A DNA stretch of 64,000 bases from the human T2T-CHM13v2.0 reference genome, Homo sapiens. The notes below the pieces were generated by a model, which worked only from the letters and a program-made list of their open reading frames with translations, was not told where the DNA came from and did no database searches. This document shows positions 56,942 through 64,000 of this stretch, in pieces. Each line of letters begins with the position of its first letter. Position 1 is the stretch's first letter. The position numbers and the translations under genes were made by a program. The DNA lies in NCBI RefSeq assembly GCF_009914755.1, contig NC_060934.1; one strand, written 5' to 3'.

Positions 56942-58640
56942 ATAATGCTTATTTATTAGCGCTGCAGTTTGGTATGTATACAAACAAATGCCCTGAAATG
57001 TAGCTGAAGAAGTTGTCTCTGGGTGGTGGGATAGGTGATGATTTTTTTTCTTTGATTTTGTAGTACATGTTATTTAAAAATCACTGCCTTACTGATTAGT
57101 TCCACGTATAATTTCTGAAGGGGACACTGTAACAGAAAGGTTTAGAGCAGGGGCTAAGCGTCAGGCTGACCTGGTTTTTGGTAGCAGCCTTGATCCGATC
57201 CATTGTATGACCTGACCATGTTTTACTTTTCTCAGCATTTGTTTCCTCATCTGTAAAGTGAGACTCCTTAAACTTAACTCAGAGTTGTCAAGATTAGAAA
57301 TGATAATGTATTATAATAGCCTTTAAAAAATAAATTTCTTATTTTGCTTTAATTCTTGCAATAAAAACAGTATCGCACTGTTGCCTGGGCTGGAGTGCCG
57401 TGGTGCGATCTTGGCTCGCTGCAACCTTCACCTCCTAGGTTCAAGTGATTCTCCTGCCTCAGCCTCCTGAGTAGCTGGGACTACAGGCGCGTGCCACCAT
57501 GCCTGGCTAATTTTTGTAGAGATGAGGTTTCACCATGTGGGCCAGCTGGTCTCGAACTCCTGACCTCAGGCGATCTACCCTCCCCAGCCTCCCAAAGTGC
57601 TGGGATTACAGGCATGAGCCACCACGTCCAGCCAAAAACAAGTCAACTTTTTTTGCCTTCCATTGAATGTATCATAACAAAGACATTCAAGATGCAATAG
57701 TCAAAACTCAAATGAATTTGGAGGCTAAACTATTAAGTGTATAATTACTCTGTGAGTTACAGATTGAGTGTAAGTTTCACTAAAATAAATTGTAAATGAT
57801 AATAATGAAAATGTAATTTTAATTTTCTGCCAAGACAAATATTGTTTTCATTCTTGATAATCTTCACCTGTCGAACTACCACAAATGTTACGTTTATTAC
57901 CACGTATATAACCTTTTGCAATCTGGGCCACACAAGAGAATAAACCCTGTCCTTAGGCATCCGTTGCATGTAATGAATTTGCTTCTCTCTTGTGTGTCTA
58001 GAATGGAACCAGCTTGTGTCATCTAATTTCTCATATGGAAGAAGTGAGAAAACTGTCACCCAAAACAAATCACTGTTCTGTGGTTTAGATGAGGAACCCT
58101 GATTGAGATGCCTGGCACGTAGAAGGCACTCAAACGGAAACAGTTCCTATTGTATTTGTCCTGGAAGTCAGATAAAAGAGCAGTTGCTTTCCGGATTTCT
58201 TTGTTTGGTATAAGCATCTTCGGGAAAATGTATTTTCCAGAGTGTGATCCAGTAAGTGGACAGCTCTGTGGCAATTTCTTAGGCCCTGTCTTTGGATCCT
58301 GTGCTGTAGGACCACACGCAGCTCCTCCGTTTGTCCTCTTGTAGTGTAATGGCCCTGTTCCTCCACTGTAGGGCGCCAAGGTACTGCTTCCTATCTGGGA
58401 AGAGTTTTCTGAATGTTACTGCTTTCCCCTTAACTGTCCGAAGCCTTATTGTATCCCAAGCCTTATTCAGGCCTCACATTTAATACTTTGTCACAAATTG
58501 CTTTATGGTAATGTATTCCATTTGGATATTCATACTGCTTTTTTGGGACATTGATTTTTTTTCAATACACTGCTAAAGATACTGTTTTAATATATTTTCT
58601 GGTGAATGTTTTCTCATCACTGCTTCCTATTTTATTTTAG

Positions 58641-58721
58641 CTACTGATCTACTTCTTGCCTGGAATCCCATTTGTTTGGGGTTGGTAGAAGGTGTTATTG
58701 GGAAAATTCAACTTCATTCAG
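58641..58721 (+). CDS. INPP5F: INPP5F coding exon 2 (81 nt), (A)TDLLLAWNPICLGLVEGVIGKIQLHS + 1 nt
   Basis: Acceptor tttattttag ends at 58640, with a candidate branch point ctcAt at 58616. Donor G|GTATGT at 58721/58722. Splices in frame to exon 1 (G+CT = Ala) and continues the recalled INPP5F sequence. Confidence 0.96.
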
Positions 58722-59374
58722 GTATGTTTCTATAAACTCCTTAAACTTGTCAAATTTATTGTAGCATTTTTTGGTGTTTTCCTCTTTGAGGATACATGAG
58801 ATTCTCTTATAGCTTTGATTCCTTTGTTTTAATTTTGGGTCTGCTCAAAGTGGGTGTATAATGAGCGAAGACCTGTTTCTACTCTTATGGAGCTTACAGT
58901 TTAGGAGGAAAGACAGGTATCAAAGAGTAATCATGGAAATAAACGTATGATTATTTGGAATTGTGGAAGGTGCCATGAGGGAAAGATATAGCAAATGCAT
59001 TGATCTCAAAGGAGAGTAGTAGGAATAAAGCTGGAGAGGCAGGCAGGTGGCAGACCATGACTGGTTGGCTTTATGTCAGCTGACTGTTCCTGATGCAGTC
59101 AGCTCTGCCAGAGACGAGTATGGGTCTCTTAGCACACAGTGTGGTCCTGTCAGGGATCCCTATCCAGGACAGGCAGATTGATGGGAAGTCCAGGTCACTC
59201 ACCAGGCCCTCACTTGGAATGACAGGCACCTGTGTCCTCAGTTTAAAGGGAATTTTGTTGGTGGGAAAGTATAACAGGTATTATACAGGTGGGTCCCAAA
59301 AGGCTAACTGAAAGGGGCCAAATGAAATTTTATTTTTTCTTTTTTGGTGCCTTACCCTTCAGGGAGCTTTTTAA

Positions 59375-64000
<4,626 letters not shown>

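Noticed and set aside
55492-57003. The longest ORFs in the window (225 aa and 237 aa) and their neighbours
   Set aside because: They lie within the GC-rich solo LTR and show no gag, pol or env similarity.

Overview
Primate DNA, very likely human because it carries an SVA_F-type element. The window holds the 5' end of INPP5F (SAC2 phosphoinositide phosphatase; from recall, 10q26 just downstream of BAG3). This includes a CpG-island promoter at about 33.0-34.35 kb, coding exon 1 (33839-33935), a 24.7-kb intron 1, coding exon 2 (58641-58721) and the start of intron 2. The first 33 kb is intergenic and packed with Alus, MaLR LTRs (MLT1/THE1), MIR/L2/MER5 relics, a truncated MER52-type LTR, and a full-length SVA about 3.2 kb upstream of the ATG. 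Almost every other ORF in the track is a repeat-derived artefact. I find no evidence for a new gene system. The most interesting unexplained structure is genome archaeology: an SVA nested in an Alu tail with a short 5' transduction, a tiny L1-retroposed polyadenylated ERV-LTR fragment just upstream of the promoter, and local duplications whose junctions carry palindromic 'snap-back' filler. Repeat family names come from my recall of consensus sequences, and repeat boundaries are approximate unless TSDs are quoted.
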